IMG/VR virus record: IMGVR_UViG_3300031965_000028
Location: 1 to 61,579 of that record
From: a virus
Lineage: Duplodnaviria > Caudoviricetes
DNA: 61,579 bases
Strand: one strand, 5' to 3'
Below the pieces are notes generated by a model that did no database searches, was not told the origin of the DNA, and saw nothing but the letters and a program-made list of their open reading frames with translations. This document shows, piece by piece, positions 18,317-28,553 of the stretch (its first letter is position 1; each line of letters starts with the position of its first letter). A program made the translations under genes and the position numbers.

Positions 18317-18996
18317 AAATGGTGGCCAATCGGACAGCGGAGAGTGTGAACCGGGAAATAAACGCGGCCAGGGCCGCTGGTACCCCGATTGAGCTTCCCT
18401 CTGCCCGAGAGTTTGCTCCTCGATCCGCTCGTGGGTTCGGTGATCGAGTAGAGCGTACTTTTAGCCCATTCCTGGGCAAGGATAACCTTAGCCTCGGATG
18501 TGCGCTCAATCATGAACCAGGGTTCACCAACCTGGACTGTGACTCTCGTGCACGCCCGGATGTCCTCCACAATATGGAGGTCACCCCGCTTCCCTTCCCT
18601 GATAATTCCTTCGACTGCGTACTAGCCAGCCACTCGCTGGAGCACGTCCTCAATCTCATTCCTCTTGTCGCTGACGTTCACCGTATCCTGCGCCCCAACG
18701 GTTATTTCCTCGCTGTTACTCCTCACGCTGCCTGCAATATGGCATGGGATTCTCCGCACCACGTTCGGGGATTCACCGAGGGCACCTGGGTTTACTTTCA
18801 GCGCAGCACGTACGAGAATGTTCACGCAGGCTATGGGGCCTATCAGGGCGGCGACTACCGGGACTGGAATATCATCCAGATTGCCCTGGTCCCGTTCCCC
18901 GAGTTCCGTGATGATCCCGATCTCGATTACAAAGTAAAGCATCTTCGTAACGTCGTTCACGAGGTCCAGGCGGTTCTCCAGGCCGTCAAGAAGTAA
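18313..18996 (+). CDS. Class I SAM-dependent methyltransferase, tandem paralog
   Basis: LSLGCALNHEPGFTNLDCD, LPFPDNSFD, HSLEH, VHRILRPNG; GTG start overlapping upstream stop. Confidence 0.9.
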   Translation: MKMVANRTAESVNREINAARAAGTPIELPSAREFAPRSARGFGDRVERTFSPFLGKDNLSLGCALNHEPGFTNLDCDSRARPDVLHNMEVTPLPFPDNSFDCVLASHSLEHVLNLIPLVADVHRILRPNGYFLAVTPHAACNMAWDSPHHVRGFTEGTWVYFQRSTYENVHAGYGAYQGGDYRDWNIIQIALVPFPEFRDDPDLDYKVKHLRNVVHEVQAVLQAVKK

Positions 18997-19007
18997 CGGG
19001 GGATAGA

Positions 19008-19229
19008 ATGGATATTACCGCGATCTGTAACTTCGACTTCATGCGGTGTCAAAAATGCGGGCGGATCTGTACCAAGCCCGAGATCCTACGGTCTCTGGGA
19101 ATCGGGGGTACCGGCTCCTCCTGTCCCTGCGGCTCCATGAAGTACTCCCCGGCAAACCTGCCGTGGTGGGGGTGGTTCCTGCCGCGTGTGTGGAAGTTTG
19201 CCTACTTGCGGCTCCGGGGGGCGGCGTGA
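19008..19229 (+). CDS. Small Cys-rich protein
   Basis: CQKC...CPCG zinc ribbon. Confidence 0.6.
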   Translation: MDITAICNFDFMRCQKCGRICTKPEILRSLGIGGTGSSCPCGSMKYSPANLPWWGWFLPRVWKFAYLRLRGAA

Positions 19230-19912
19230 AACTCATCTTTGCCAGTCCCACTTACGGACCCATCGATCCCAAGGCGGTAGTGTCGCAGCGCAATGCCATC
19301 ATGCACGCTGCTGCCAATGGAGTTACGTGGCTAGGCGACGCCTCTCCGGACCGCATGGGGTGGGACGGGGCTCGCAACGCGGTAGTGGAATCGGTTTTAA
19401 AGGCGGAGACAGAAGAGGTGGAGGATAAGATTAATGCCGATGCCATCTTCTGGTGTGACTCCGATATCATCCTTCCTGCTCATGCCGTTACTTCCCTAGT
19501 ACTTGCAGGCAAGGAGTTCGTCACCGGCCTGTACTTCCAACGTAAACCGCCATTTCCGCCTCAGATCTATATTTACGATGCTCGTGGCGGGAAAGATGGC
19601 AAGGGAACTTTCCGGGGGCTGGTCCAGTGGCCCGATAATGTCGTAGCTCCCATCGATGCGGCGGGGTTTGGGTGTATCTTGACCTCGGTGGCGATGCTAC
19701 GGAAGATAGCTCCTCCTCACTTCGATTGGAAGAGGTTCGGGGAAGACTTTACTTTCTGTCTCAATGCCAAGGAGGCGGGATACCAGCTATACGTCCATAC
19801 TGGAGTTCTATGCGGCCATTTGGCCGATCCGGTCCCGGTTACCATCGACACCTTCCGGGAGGCGTGGAAGGATTGGAAGATGTCGCCGGTAGAGGGCTCG
19901 ATTGCGGTATAA
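19226..19912 (+). CDS. GT-A (family 2-like) glycosyltransferase
   Basis: ARN.., FWCDSD (DxD), AAGFGCIL, GEDFTFC, CGH. Confidence 0.85.
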   Translation: MKLIFASPTYGPIDPKAVVSQRNAIMHAAANGVTWLGDASPDRMGWDGARNAVVESVLKAETEEVEDKINADAIFWCDSDIILPAHAVTSLVLAGKEFVTGLYFQRKPPFPPQIYIYDARGGKDGKGTFRGLVQWPDNVVAPIDAAGFGCILTSVAMLRKIAPPHFDWKRFGEDFTFCLNAKEAGYQLYVHTGVLCGHLADPVPVTIDTFREAWKDWKMSPVEGSIAV

Positions 19913-19958
19913 CGATCAGTGGTAGCAATGATAAGCAGGTTTACAAAGGAGAATATCG

Positions 19959-20252
19959 ATGGCAAACTTCGATCCAGCAATGCGGCGCGAGACCTGGCTA
20001 TTCCAGGAACTTGGCAAAGATGTCGGAAATAAGCCCATCTATCGTCGGATGGGGTTCAATCTGGTAAGTTACGACGGTAGCCCGGATATGGTGATCGAGC
20101 CGGTGTCGGCGGCCTACGGGGTAGATTTGACCAACCCCAGCGTAGCGACTATCGATAACGTAACCCAGGATGCAGGGGCTGTGGTCGGGTTCCAGACCTT
20201 CCAGGCTCGCCCGTATGAGGTTCACGCGTTCGGCGATCCGGTTGCTATCTAG
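19959..20252 (+). CDS. Hypothetical virion protein
   Basis: AAGGAG RBS, structural module. Confidence 0.6.
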   Translation: MANFDPAMRRETWLFQELGKDVGNKPIYRRMGFNLVSYDGSPDMVIEPVSAAYGVDLTNPSVATIDNVTQDAGAVVGFQTFQARPYEVHAFGDPVAI

Positions 20253-20276
20253 TGCAGTAGGTGATGGAGGAGGTTA

Positions 20277-20921
20277 ATGACAAACGGAGAGATAAAGACG
20301 GAGGTGCTGAGACGCCTCCGTGAATCTTCCTCTACTCCTACCTTCTGGTCCGACCGTGACATCTCTGCCTCCATCCATCAGGCGTATGCCGAGATCTCCG
20401 ATGCCTCCGAGTGGAATGAGCAGCAGGAGGTAATATCGCTACCCTCCAACAACATTCCCGTCTTCGACATCCGCCAGTTCACTACCCAGGAATTTCTAGT
20501 TGCCGGTCCCGCCTACAACTCTATCACTTCCCGTTGGCTGCAGCCGGGCTCCATACGGGAGTTCGATCTATACGACCGGGCGTGGGAGACGCGAGTAGGG
20601 GAGGTAGAATATGCGCTGGTTCGAGGGCTGTGGTGGCTAACCTACTGGCCGTTCGATACCGGCTCCATTACTCAGTATTACATCGCGGTACCAGATCGAA
20701 TGACGGCAGATGCGGATGAACCGGGATTCCCGGAGGAATACCACTACGGGCTGGTCGAGTATGCCATTTTCGACCTGTGGGCGCAGGATGGAGAGGCGGA
20801 CCTGGCGTACGCTGCGTGGCGGGAATACCTGAAGTACGAGGCGGGGCTGACCGCGTGGGTTAACGGCCGCATCGGGGTTCCCAAGATTACCGGCAATCGG
20901 CAATCGGCCTTCGGATCGTAA
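20277..20921 (+). CDS. Head-tail adaptor (tail tubular protein A-like)
   Basis: MT.GEIK.EVLRRL...WSD.DI...I.QAY; D.PGFPEEYHYGLVEYA. Confidence 0.75.
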   Translation: MTNGEIKTEVLRRLRESSSTPTFWSDRDISASIHQAYAEISDASEWNEQQEVISLPSNNIPVFDIRQFTTQEFLVAGPAYNSITSRWLQPGSIREFDLYDRAWETRVGEVEYALVRGLWWLTYWPFDTGSITQYYIAVPDRMTADADEPGFPEEYHYGLVEYAIFDLWAQDGEADLAYAAWREYLKYEAGLTAWVNGRIGVPKITGNRQSAFGS

Positions 20922-20922
20922 A

Positions 20923-23900
20923 ATGGCTAAGACTCAGGTACTGGAATATACGATCCACCTGACCGACCAGGCGACGGTGGATCTGTATAATGCTCAACTG
21001 GATGCCGGGACTGGGCCAGGAACGCTCCTTCGCTATTATTCCGCTGCCGCCCAGGGATTGGTATATGGAGTACTGCGCGCCCCGTATGATGTAGGCCCCC
21101 CGGAAGGCGGGGCGTCGATAGAGTTCTCAGCGCCGCTACAGGCCGATTCTGTTGCATTCCTTGCTCCCTGTACTCGATCACCGTGGTTCACAGGCGGGGC
21201 TAACTTTCCTACTAACGTTGCCACTTTTACCCGCAAGTCGGGCGGCTGGTTCGGCATCTCGCTACTCTTCGGCACCACTACTCGATTCTACTGGGTGGGA
21301 CGGTTCGCATTCGCGCCGTTATCGACCGAACAGCCCAATCCGCCCGTAACTCCGACTACGCCTACTACTCCGCCTGTTTTATTGGCGCGGCGCTGGATAG
21401 ACGGGTTCGAGCTACCGGGAGCGCCTGGGGGAGAAGGCGGGAATACCTTCAATACCCCGGCTATCCGTGATGCCTCGCGCACCGCTGATGGGTTCGGGTT
21501 TGGAGCCCGCAGTACTGCTACTAAAAAGCGGCACGATGTAATGGAGAACCGCGGCGGGGGAGCCTCCGATAAGCAGACGGCATGGGAGCGATTCTATATT
21601 CGTGTGCGCCGCTACCCTTCGACCGGAGAAGTGGACCTATGGGAAGGTACTCCTTCTTCTGGCAACTGTAGTGTGGTGCTGCGCATTACATCGACCGGAG
21701 TACTCAAAGCCTATGCACTCGAGGCTGCGGCCGAAAACCTCATCGGCACCGGATCTACCATTCCGTTAAACACCTGGAAGAAAATTGACTGCGTGCTAGG
21801 GCTCCGAGGAATAACGCCTATATGGGCTAGCGATGCACCGGTCGGTAACGGACCGGGTAACCTGTATACGCCGGGACAGTGGGTGACTCGGAGCGTAAGC
21901 AACTACATATGTCTGATCAATACCAGCGTACCTCAGGGCTCTGACGATAATGATCCACTGAATTCTAGCGGCGATCCTTACTGGGAGCTTACGAGTTTAG
22001 CTAGCCGTGTAGCATCGCTGCGAGTTTACATAAATGGATCCTCGGATATTGACGGTGACGGCGATCTATTACCAGCGGCATCGGCCACCAATGCTACGTT
22101 CTATCACGAGGATAGCCGCCTCGGATCGGCTGCCGCTAACGATGCCGAGATAGACTTCGATGATTGGGTCGGTCACGATTGCCCGGAGATTCAGCAGGCG
22201 TGGACGACGGGAGCGGATTTGGATGCTTACCCTGACTATACTACCCTGGAGTCACACACCGATTTCAAATCCGGCTCTCATTGTCAGCTTATTCAGCCTT
22301 CGGGCGTCGTCTCTCAGACGGATTGGACGGGCGCGTGGCAGCTGGCCTTGCAGCGACCGGTCGAGAACACTGGCACCTCTAATCGGCTGACCAGCTCTAC
22401 ATCCGGGGCACTACTGGCACTGAGCGGCGATGTATCCCCTGCGAGCCTGCGCCAGGGAGCAGTAGGAGTAGGAGCGGTCGTAGTAGGCTGGCACGGTACA
22501 CGAGGAGCAGGTTCACCGGGTAACGATACTGTTGGAGCTGAATTAACGTTTGACCCGGCAGACCCGACAGTAGAATTCTCGGAAGCCGCCGCTCCTCCAT
22601 CGGCCGGTACCTTAGAGTGGCGGTCGGCGTTCTATGATGCAGACGGAGTTGACCCTGCTCCGGTTCTTACTGCCATCGAACTGCGCTTCACGCACGGGGC
22701 CGATTCCCTTCTTCGTACCGTTTCCTCTCTTCACGCCGTAATCGAGATAATCGGCGTCTTCGGCCCAGAGGATGGCGATTATCCTACCGTTCCCGCCGTA
22801 TCGCCGCACAACTCACAGTACCCCTTCAGCCCGTGGGAGACTCACGGAGCGCCCTCGTTCGGAGCAGTAGCAGCGATCAGCGGTTCATACGTGTCGGATG
22901 GGCTACCGCGCGATCTGGAGTTCCCGCTGCCCGTCCACTGGCTGTGGATACGGCGCACTTCCGGGATCGCCGCCCAGATGGTAGGAGCGCGGTGGTGGAC
23001 CTCGATGTTTACCTCTCACTTCGACCTACAGCAGCCGATTGTTCCCTATGCCATTCCGATGGCGCTACGAGATTCCGGATTTGCGGCACCTGATGCGGAA
23101 GATGAACAGGAGATGCAGTGGCTGGTGAGGATTGCCACCGCCGATCCCATCATCAACGAGTCGGGCGCTACTTACTGTTATACCGCCTTCTGTGATCCCG
23201 CTGCCCGGTTCCTGCGGTGCGGGTCGTCGCAGCACAGTACGCCGTTCCCGATCTCAGAATCGTTGCCCGATCCTAATTTTACTCCTAAGGCCGGATTCTT
23301 CTTTCCCGAAGACCGGGGCGTTACTTCTACTAACCGTATGGCCTACAAGGGACCAACGGGACACCCGGTAGCCGGGGCGCAGCTTCTTACTGGCGCAGCA
23401 CTAACCGACTACGTAGATTTCTCGGCCGGGTCCATCTCCGAGCGCACCAACTTCTTCCCGTCCGGTTGTGAATCTACCGCCTATGCTCTGTTCCGTCACG
23501 ATGACGGTAACGGAGACGCGGCGGTATTCCAGACGGCGACTTATACGGGCAACGCTACCAACCCGCGCACCATAGACCTATTGCCCGCATTCGGCATCCG
23601 TCCTATCTTTGGGATTGTGGTAGGACTCACGAATGGGCGGCAGCGCGATACTAGCCACACCGGGACCACCAGTACCAACATTGATACCGGCGAGAGCGTA
23701 GCTGCGAACGGCATTAGTGGCGGTGGTATCGACCAGATCATAGTAGGATCGGACCTCAATCAGTCGGGCGTCACCTACTACGTATTTGTCATTCCCGGTG
23801 ATGATACTGCCGGTGAGGGTGGTTGGGGCGTACCGGGAGAGTTCTTTAATGTAGAGCCCGATTCTTCCACCGATCCCGGCTGGGAGGAACCGACAGAGGT

Positions 23901-24723
23901 AGAGGGAGCAGACGAGCCCGGTTCGGACCTCACTACTTTCGTGGACGACGAGCCCGCGCTAGTGGCATTTACTATCACGGATGAGGATGCGCTTAGCGGG
24001 CTCGATGCCGATGGGGTAGTAACGGACCTGTGCCGCTACGTGCTGCACCGGCTGGGGGATTCCGCTCAGACCATATGGACCAAGGCGGAGGTAGGAGCAT
24101 ACCTGGCGCTGGCCGCTACCGAGATGGCCATCCGTACTCGAATCCTCTGGGATCAGTTCTTTTTGGATGACATCATCGCGCTCACCGGCCAGTTTTCCGA
24201 TCCTCCGTCCGCCGTCACCATCCTACACAAGGATGTAACCGAGGTTCAGCGCGCGACGTGGCAGACGCGGCCGATAGAAGCATTGTCACCAAGGGATCTG
24301 GCTCGGTCCGATACGCGCTACGAGATTACCACCGGAGAGATCTTCGGCTATACGTGGCGCAAGGATGGAGTCAGGGATTTCCGGCTGGTGCGAGCCCCGG
24401 CAGAGAACCCGACCGAGGTCCGTGTAGACCACTGGCGGCACTTCGAGGCACAGTGCTCCTTGAGCGAGCTTCCTCCGCGCTACTTCCTGTATCTGGCCGA
24501 CTACATGCAGCAGCGGGCGCTGACGAAATTCGGCCCCGGCCAGAACTATAAGCTGGCACAGCTCTACAAGGACCGGTGGGAGCGGGGAATAGCGCGGATC
24601 ATCAAGAGAGTCGGGAGACAGAACAAGGAGCGGACGGGAAGAATGGGAGGGACGAGCCCTGGTAATAGAGGTGGTCCGCCTCGTGCGCGTCTCCCGTGGA
24701 ATTACGGTTCCAGAGTAAGGTAG
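20923..24723 (+). CDS. Large virion protein: beta-rich (LamG-like) domains fused to C-terminal adaptor-like domain
   Basis: 1266 aa; ERFYIRV...IPLNTWKKID lectin-like strand pattern; C-terminal VLHRLGD...WTKAEVGAYL...ELPPRYFLYLADY resembles 20277-20921. Confidence 0.6.
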   Translation: MAKTQVLEYTIHLTDQATVDLYNAQLDAGTGPGTLLRYYSAAAQGLVYGVLRAPYDVGPPEGGASIEFSAPLQADSVAFLAPCTRSPWFTGGANFPTNVATFTRKSGGWFGISLLFGTTTRFYWVGRFAFAPLSTEQPNPPVTPTTPTTPPVLLARRWIDGFELPGAPGGEGGNTFNTPAIRDASRTADGFGFGARSTATKKRHDVMENRGGGASDKQTAWERFYIRVRRYPSTGEVDLWEGTPSSGNCSVVLRITSTGVLKAYALEAAAENLIGTGSTIPLNTWKKIDCVLGLRGITPIWASDAPVGNGPGNLYTPGQWVTRSVSNYICLINTSVPQGSDDNDPLNSSGDPYWELTSLASRVASLRVYINGSSDIDGDGDLLPAASATNATFYHEDSRLGSAAANDAEIDFDDWVGHDCPEIQQAWTTGADLDAYPDYTTLESHTDFKSGSHCQLIQPSGVVSQTDWTGAWQLALQRPVENTGTSNRLTSSTSGALLALSGDVSPASLRQGAVGVGAVVVGWHGTRGAGSPGNDTVGAELTFDPADPTVEFSEAAAPPSAGTLEWRSAFYDADGVDPAPVLTAIELRFTHGADSLLRTVSSLHAVIEIIGVFGPEDGDYPTVPAVSPHNSQYPFSPWETHGAPSFGAVAAISGSYVSDGLPRDLEFPLPVHWLWIRRTSGIAAQMVGARWWTSMFTSHFDLQQPIVPYAIPMALRDSGFAAPDAEDEQEMQWLVRIATADPIINESGATYCYTAFCDPAARFLRCGSSQHSTPFPISESLPDPNFTPKAGFFFPEDRGVTSTNRMAYKGPTGHPVAGAQLLTGAALTDYVDFSAGSISERTNFFPSGCESTAYALFRHDDGNGDAAVFQTATYTGNATNPRTIDLLPAFGIRPIFGIVVGLTNGRQRDTSHTGTTSTNIDTGESVAANGISGGGIDQIIVGSDLNQSGVTYYVFVIPGDDTAGEGGWGVPGEFFNVEPDSSTDPGWEEPTEVEGADEPGSDLTTFVDDEPALVAFTITDEDALSGLDADGVVTDLCRYVLHRLGDSAQTIWTKAEVGAYLALAATEMAIRTRILWDQFFLDDIIALTGQFSDPPSAVTILHKDVTEVQRATWQTRPIEALSPRDLARSDTRYEITTGEIFGYTWRKDGVRDFRLVRAPAENPTEVRVDHWRHFEAQCSLSELPPRYFLYLADYMQQRALTKFGPGQNYKLAQLYKDRWERGIARIIKRVGRQNKERTGRMGGTSPGNRGGPPRARLPWNYGSRVR

Positions 24724-24740
24724 AGTAAAGGCTAATACTA

Positions 24741-27404
24741 ATGGCAGTACTGGCTAGACAGGATTTCTCAGCGGGGTGGATGCCGGATGCGGATGCGACT
24801 AACGCTCCGCCCAATGCTCTGCTGCGCGGAGATAACCTTATTCTGGACGAGCTGGGAATACTGGCAGTACGGCAGGGTTCAACCAAGATCAACTCCGTAG
24901 CGCTTGGTGACATCGATGTTCATTCCCTCTATACTGCCGTAATCAGCGGCACTCGCTACCGCTTTTCCGGGGCTGCGGCCAACGTCTACTCCAATGGCGT
25001 CACTCTCGGCGTCACCATGGCCAGTTCGGGCGACGTTATATTCGGCTCCTACATGGGTCAGGTGTTCTTCGCTCGCTCCACTTCCAAGCACAAGTACGAC
25101 GGCAGCACCGTGCGGACGTGGGGAGTGGGGATGACATCGGGAGTTCCTACCCATGGCTCCGGAGCTGCTGATGCGCTGTGGAAGATCGTGTACGTCCGCA
25201 ATGACGGTACCTATCTCGCCAAGTCCGCTCCTTCTGCTGCTTCTGCTGCCGGAACCTGGACTACCGGCATGACGGTAACGGCACCAGCGGATGGGTCGCG
25301 CGATTCTCAAATCAACGAGATCTGGCTATTTCGGGCTGACGACCTTACCGAAGGAGCATATTATCGGGTAGCGGTAAAGACGGGGGTATCGGGAACTGGA
25401 TCGGTGGCTATTACCGATAGTACCTCCTCTGCCGATGCGCTGGTAATCAACATTAAGCTCGAGAGCGACAACGCGGTTCCTCCTGACTCCATTGTTGATA
25501 TCGAGGGTCCATACTACGACCGCCTGTTCGTCCTCACCGCCACTACTCTCTATCCCTCACGTCGCCTCAACCCTGACTCCTATTCTGCCGATCAGGCCAT
25601 AGTGATCGCGGGAGCCGACGAGACCTGCTTGTGGGTAAAGAAGTCACTGGGTGGACTGTACATCGGGACCACCAAGGATATCTACCGGCTGGATGGAACC
25701 GGCGCGGAGTTCGAAGATGGTACGATGGATTTCACGCTCACCCCTACCAACATTGATAGCCCGCCCCGTGCTGCCGGTACTGCCACGCGCGAGGGCAACC
25801 TTCTAGTCTATCTGGCTGCCGATGGCTGGCGAACGATGCAGGGGGTAGGGTCATCACTGCTGACCGGGCGCACGTCGCTCCTGTATAAGGCAAAGGCGCG
25901 ACACGGGGTATCGGCGGTGAATCTTACCGGGGGGCGCTTCCGTGCTGCGATCTCCCGAGGTCAGCTTGCCGCACTCATTCCGGAGGGGGCCAGCACCACT
26001 ACTACTGCCGTTCAATACCGTTATCAGTTCGATAAGGCCCGCTGGTACCGGTTCACCTACGGCTCTCAGGCGTGGCGGGCCATACACCGGGAGCCGGATG
26101 GGACGCTGATCGCCTCTGATGCTGCGGGGTTCGTGTGGATCCTCGACACCGGCACCCAGGATGATTCCGTCGATATCCCGGTGGTGATGTGGACTAAGGT
26201 GGACGACGATGACAAGCCGCTCCAGCGCAAGGATCCGTGGGACCTGCGGGCGAAGGTGGATACGAACGGAGCGACGGCTACGGCAGAGGTTTACTTCGAC
26301 GGGTCCAGCACCGCAGCGGGGTCAATAAGTATAATCCAGACCGGGATGGGGGTAACGCTAGGAGATATCTCCAGCCTCGCCGCCGCCTTCCGTCAGGTAC
26401 AGCTTCGTATCACTGGCTCCTTCTCGACCTTCAAGTGGTTCGACCACGGTATAGGCTATCGGGAGCACCCGGCCATACAGGTATACGCGGAAACCAAGCC
26501 GGATCAGCCTTCACCTTCCCGTCGCAGGTTCGGTGGCATCCGGCTGATAATCGATACGCTCGGAGAAGCGGCGACAGTGACCCCGATGGTGGACGGGCTG
26601 GCGATGAGTAGTCAGGAAATCACCACTACGACCGCGCAGGGGATAACGGTAAGCTTTCCCGCCCGGATCAATCGCGATGCCTGGATCAAAATCAGCAAGG
26701 CGACGGGGTTCGAGCTGTATAGTGCTGAGCCGTTAGTATTGGAAGAATTCCCACCGATAATGCAAGGAATAACGGTACCCAACGATGCCGGGTATCCGGG
26801 TATAAAGACGATGAGCGGGGTCCAATTAAGGATTTGTACACTAGGAGCTTCGGTCACCGTTGATACCATTATCGATCGCGTCATCACCGATTCCTTCACC
26901 GTTCAGACGGGAGTAGATGAGTCGGTCGAGACTACGCTACGGTTCCCCAAGGCGTATGGTAGGGCTGGCACCATCGTGCAACTGCGATTCAGCGCCGATG
27001 TCGAAGTGTACAACTGGTCACCGCTGGTCACTGCCAAGAGGCCGCTGGGAATAAAGGCGTGGAACTCGGGGCCGCTGGATCTAGGCGGCGGTGAGTTCAT
27101 CTGGCCGCGCGAAGTATGGCTGAAAGTCGAGGCGGGAGCGGACTTAGTGGTAATCCCCTACTTCGATGGAGTGACGTTCGATACGGTTACGGCGACGATA
27201 GGGGCTGGAGAGCTGAACACGGCGTCAAAGATCCGGATCCCGGTGCCGCGTGGTTATAAGGGCAAGGTACCCAAGTTCGAGATCCGGTCCGCGCAGCCCT
27301 TCTATCCCTTCTGGATAGAGTTCGTGGTGCGGCAGACGCGGGGAGAGGAAGAGAAGGAGCCGATAAGGGTAGAGGCACAGGTTGGCGGAGAGGTAGTGGC
27401 GTGA
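24741..27404 (+). CDS. Tail nozzle/stabilisation protein (tail tubular protein B-like)
   Basis: 887 aa; QDFSAGW..D...P.N.....DN......LAVRQG N-terminus, beta-propeller composition. Confidence 0.7.
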   Translation: MAVLARQDFSAGWMPDADATNAPPNALLRGDNLILDELGILAVRQGSTKINSVALGDIDVHSLYTAVISGTRYRFSGAAANVYSNGVTLGVTMASSGDVIFGSYMGQVFFARSTSKHKYDGSTVRTWGVGMTSGVPTHGSGAADALWKIVYVRNDGTYLAKSAPSAASAAGTWTTGMTVTAPADGSRDSQINEIWLFRADDLTEGAYYRVAVKTGVSGTGSVAITDSTSSADALVINIKLESDNAVPPDSIVDIEGPYYDRLFVLTATTLYPSRRLNPDSYSADQAIVIAGADETCLWVKKSLGGLYIGTTKDIYRLDGTGAEFEDGTMDFTLTPTNIDSPPRAAGTATREGNLLVYLAADGWRTMQGVGSSLLTGRTSLLYKAKARHGVSAVNLTGGRFRAAISRGQLAALIPEGASTTTTAVQYRYQFDKARWYRFTYGSQAWRAIHREPDGTLIASDAAGFVWILDTGTQDDSVDIPVVMWTKVDDDDKPLQRKDPWDLRAKVDTNGATATAEVYFDGSSTAAGSISIIQTGMGVTLGDISSLAAAFRQVQLRITGSFSTFKWFDHGIGYREHPAIQVYAETKPDQPSPSRRRFGGIRLIIDTLGEAATVTPMVDGLAMSSQEITTTTAQGITVSFPARINRDAWIKISKATGFELYSAEPLVLEEFPPIMQGITVPNDAGYPGIKTMSGVQLRICTLGASVTVDTIIDRVITDSFTVQTGVDESVETTLRFPKAYGRAGTIVQLRFSADVEVYNWSPLVTAKRPLGIKAWNSGPLDLGGGEFIWPREVWLKVEAGADLVVIPYFDGVTFDTVTATIGAGELNTASKIRIPVPRGYKGKVPKFEIRSAQPFYPFWIEFVVRQTRGEEEKEPIRVEAQVGGEVVA

Positions 27405-27435
27405 TTAGTAACAGTCAACGTATAATGGTAGAAGT

Positions 27436-28551
27436 ATGAGCTACCGTTACCCCCCCGGTATTTCGCCCGAGCTTCACGAGGCCCTGCGCCAGATATGGTT
27501 GAAGCTTGATCCTCTGACTCAGGGCAATATCGACCTTCATGGGCAGCGCATTATTAACGCCGGGGAAGCGGTAGCAGGAGGAGATTACACTACTGCTGCT
27601 GAGGTCGAAGGGACCTACGTCACCCAGACAGAGTTCGATGATCATAGTGCGCGGCACGAGGATGGAGGGGCGGACGAGGTTAGTGTAGCAGGGTTAAGCG
27701 GGCTACTTGCAGATGCTCAGACGCCACTGGCGCACAATACAAGTCACGAAAATGGAGGCAGTGACGAGATTAGTGTAGCAGGATTGTCGGGGCTACTCGC
27801 AGATGGACAGACACCTCTGGCCCATGCTGCTAGTCACGCGGATGGTGGAAGTGATCCGGTTGATGTAACGGGCCTGGATGGATTTCCAGGCGGAGGTACT
27901 ACCTTCCTGCGTGATGACGGCACCTTCGCTACTCCTTCCGGGGCCGGAGATGTGGCAGGACCTGCCTCAGCGGTAGACGAACGCATTGCGGTATTCGACG
28001 GCATTACCGGTAAGCTTATCAAAGACGGAGGCGATAGGATTATAGACGTACTAGCTATGGCGCTGGCGACTGCCGAGAATTACGCCGACTCCGCCATTCA
28101 GGAACACATGGAGGCGGATGATCCGCACAAGAGCCTAATTCCCGCCGCCCACGCTACTAGTCATCAAAACGGCGGCGCGGACGAGATTTCGGTCGCCGGT
28201 CTGTCGGGGCTCCTCGAGGACGCGCAGACGCCGCTCGAGCACGGGAACGAAGCGCACAATCCCGACTTCGCGCCGGATGCCGACCTCACGACGCTCGAGG
28301 GTGACGTTGCGGCGCACGTCGCGGATACCGCTAACCCGCACGCGGTCACGGCGGCGCAAGTCGGCGCGCTTGAAACGGTAGCTGTCGATCCCGCTGGTGC
28401 GCTCGACGGCGACGGGACGGGCGCGTCCCCGCTCGCTGTCCTCGTTGACGGCGTCACCGTCACAATCAACGGAAGCAACCAGCTCGAAGCCGTCGGCGGA
28501 AGCGGACTAACGGCGCTGCAAGTGTTCGCGCGCGTGAGCCTGAGAGGGTAA
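27436..28551 (+). CDS. Tail fibre protein with His-rich repeats
   Basis: Repeated H..SH..GG.DEISVAGLSGLL.D.QTPL; DTANPHAVTAAQVG; GPASAVDERIAVFDGITGKLIKD. Confidence 0.75.
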   Translation: MSYRYPPGISPELHEALRQIWLKLDPLTQGNIDLHGQRIINAGEAVAGGDYTTAAEVEGTYVTQTEFDDHSARHEDGGADEVSVAGLSGLLADAQTPLAHNTSHENGGSDEISVAGLSGLLADGQTPLAHAASHADGGSDPVDVTGLDGFPGGGTTFLRDDGTFATPSGAGDVAGPASAVDERIAVFDGITGKLIKDGGDRIIDVLAMALATAENYADSAIQEHMEADDPHKSLIPAAHATSHQNGGADEISVAGLSGLLEDAQTPLEHGNEAHNPDFAPDADLTTLEGDVAAHVADTANPHAVTAAQVGALETVAVDPAGALDGDGTGASPLAVLVDGVTVTINGSNQLEAVGGSGLTALQVFARVSLRG

Positions 28552-28553
28552 CG

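Noticed and set aside
17750-18996. Diversity-generating retroelement TR/VR pair
   Set aside because: Both copies are intact paralogous methyltransferases, differences are not adenine-specific, and no reverse transcriptase is present
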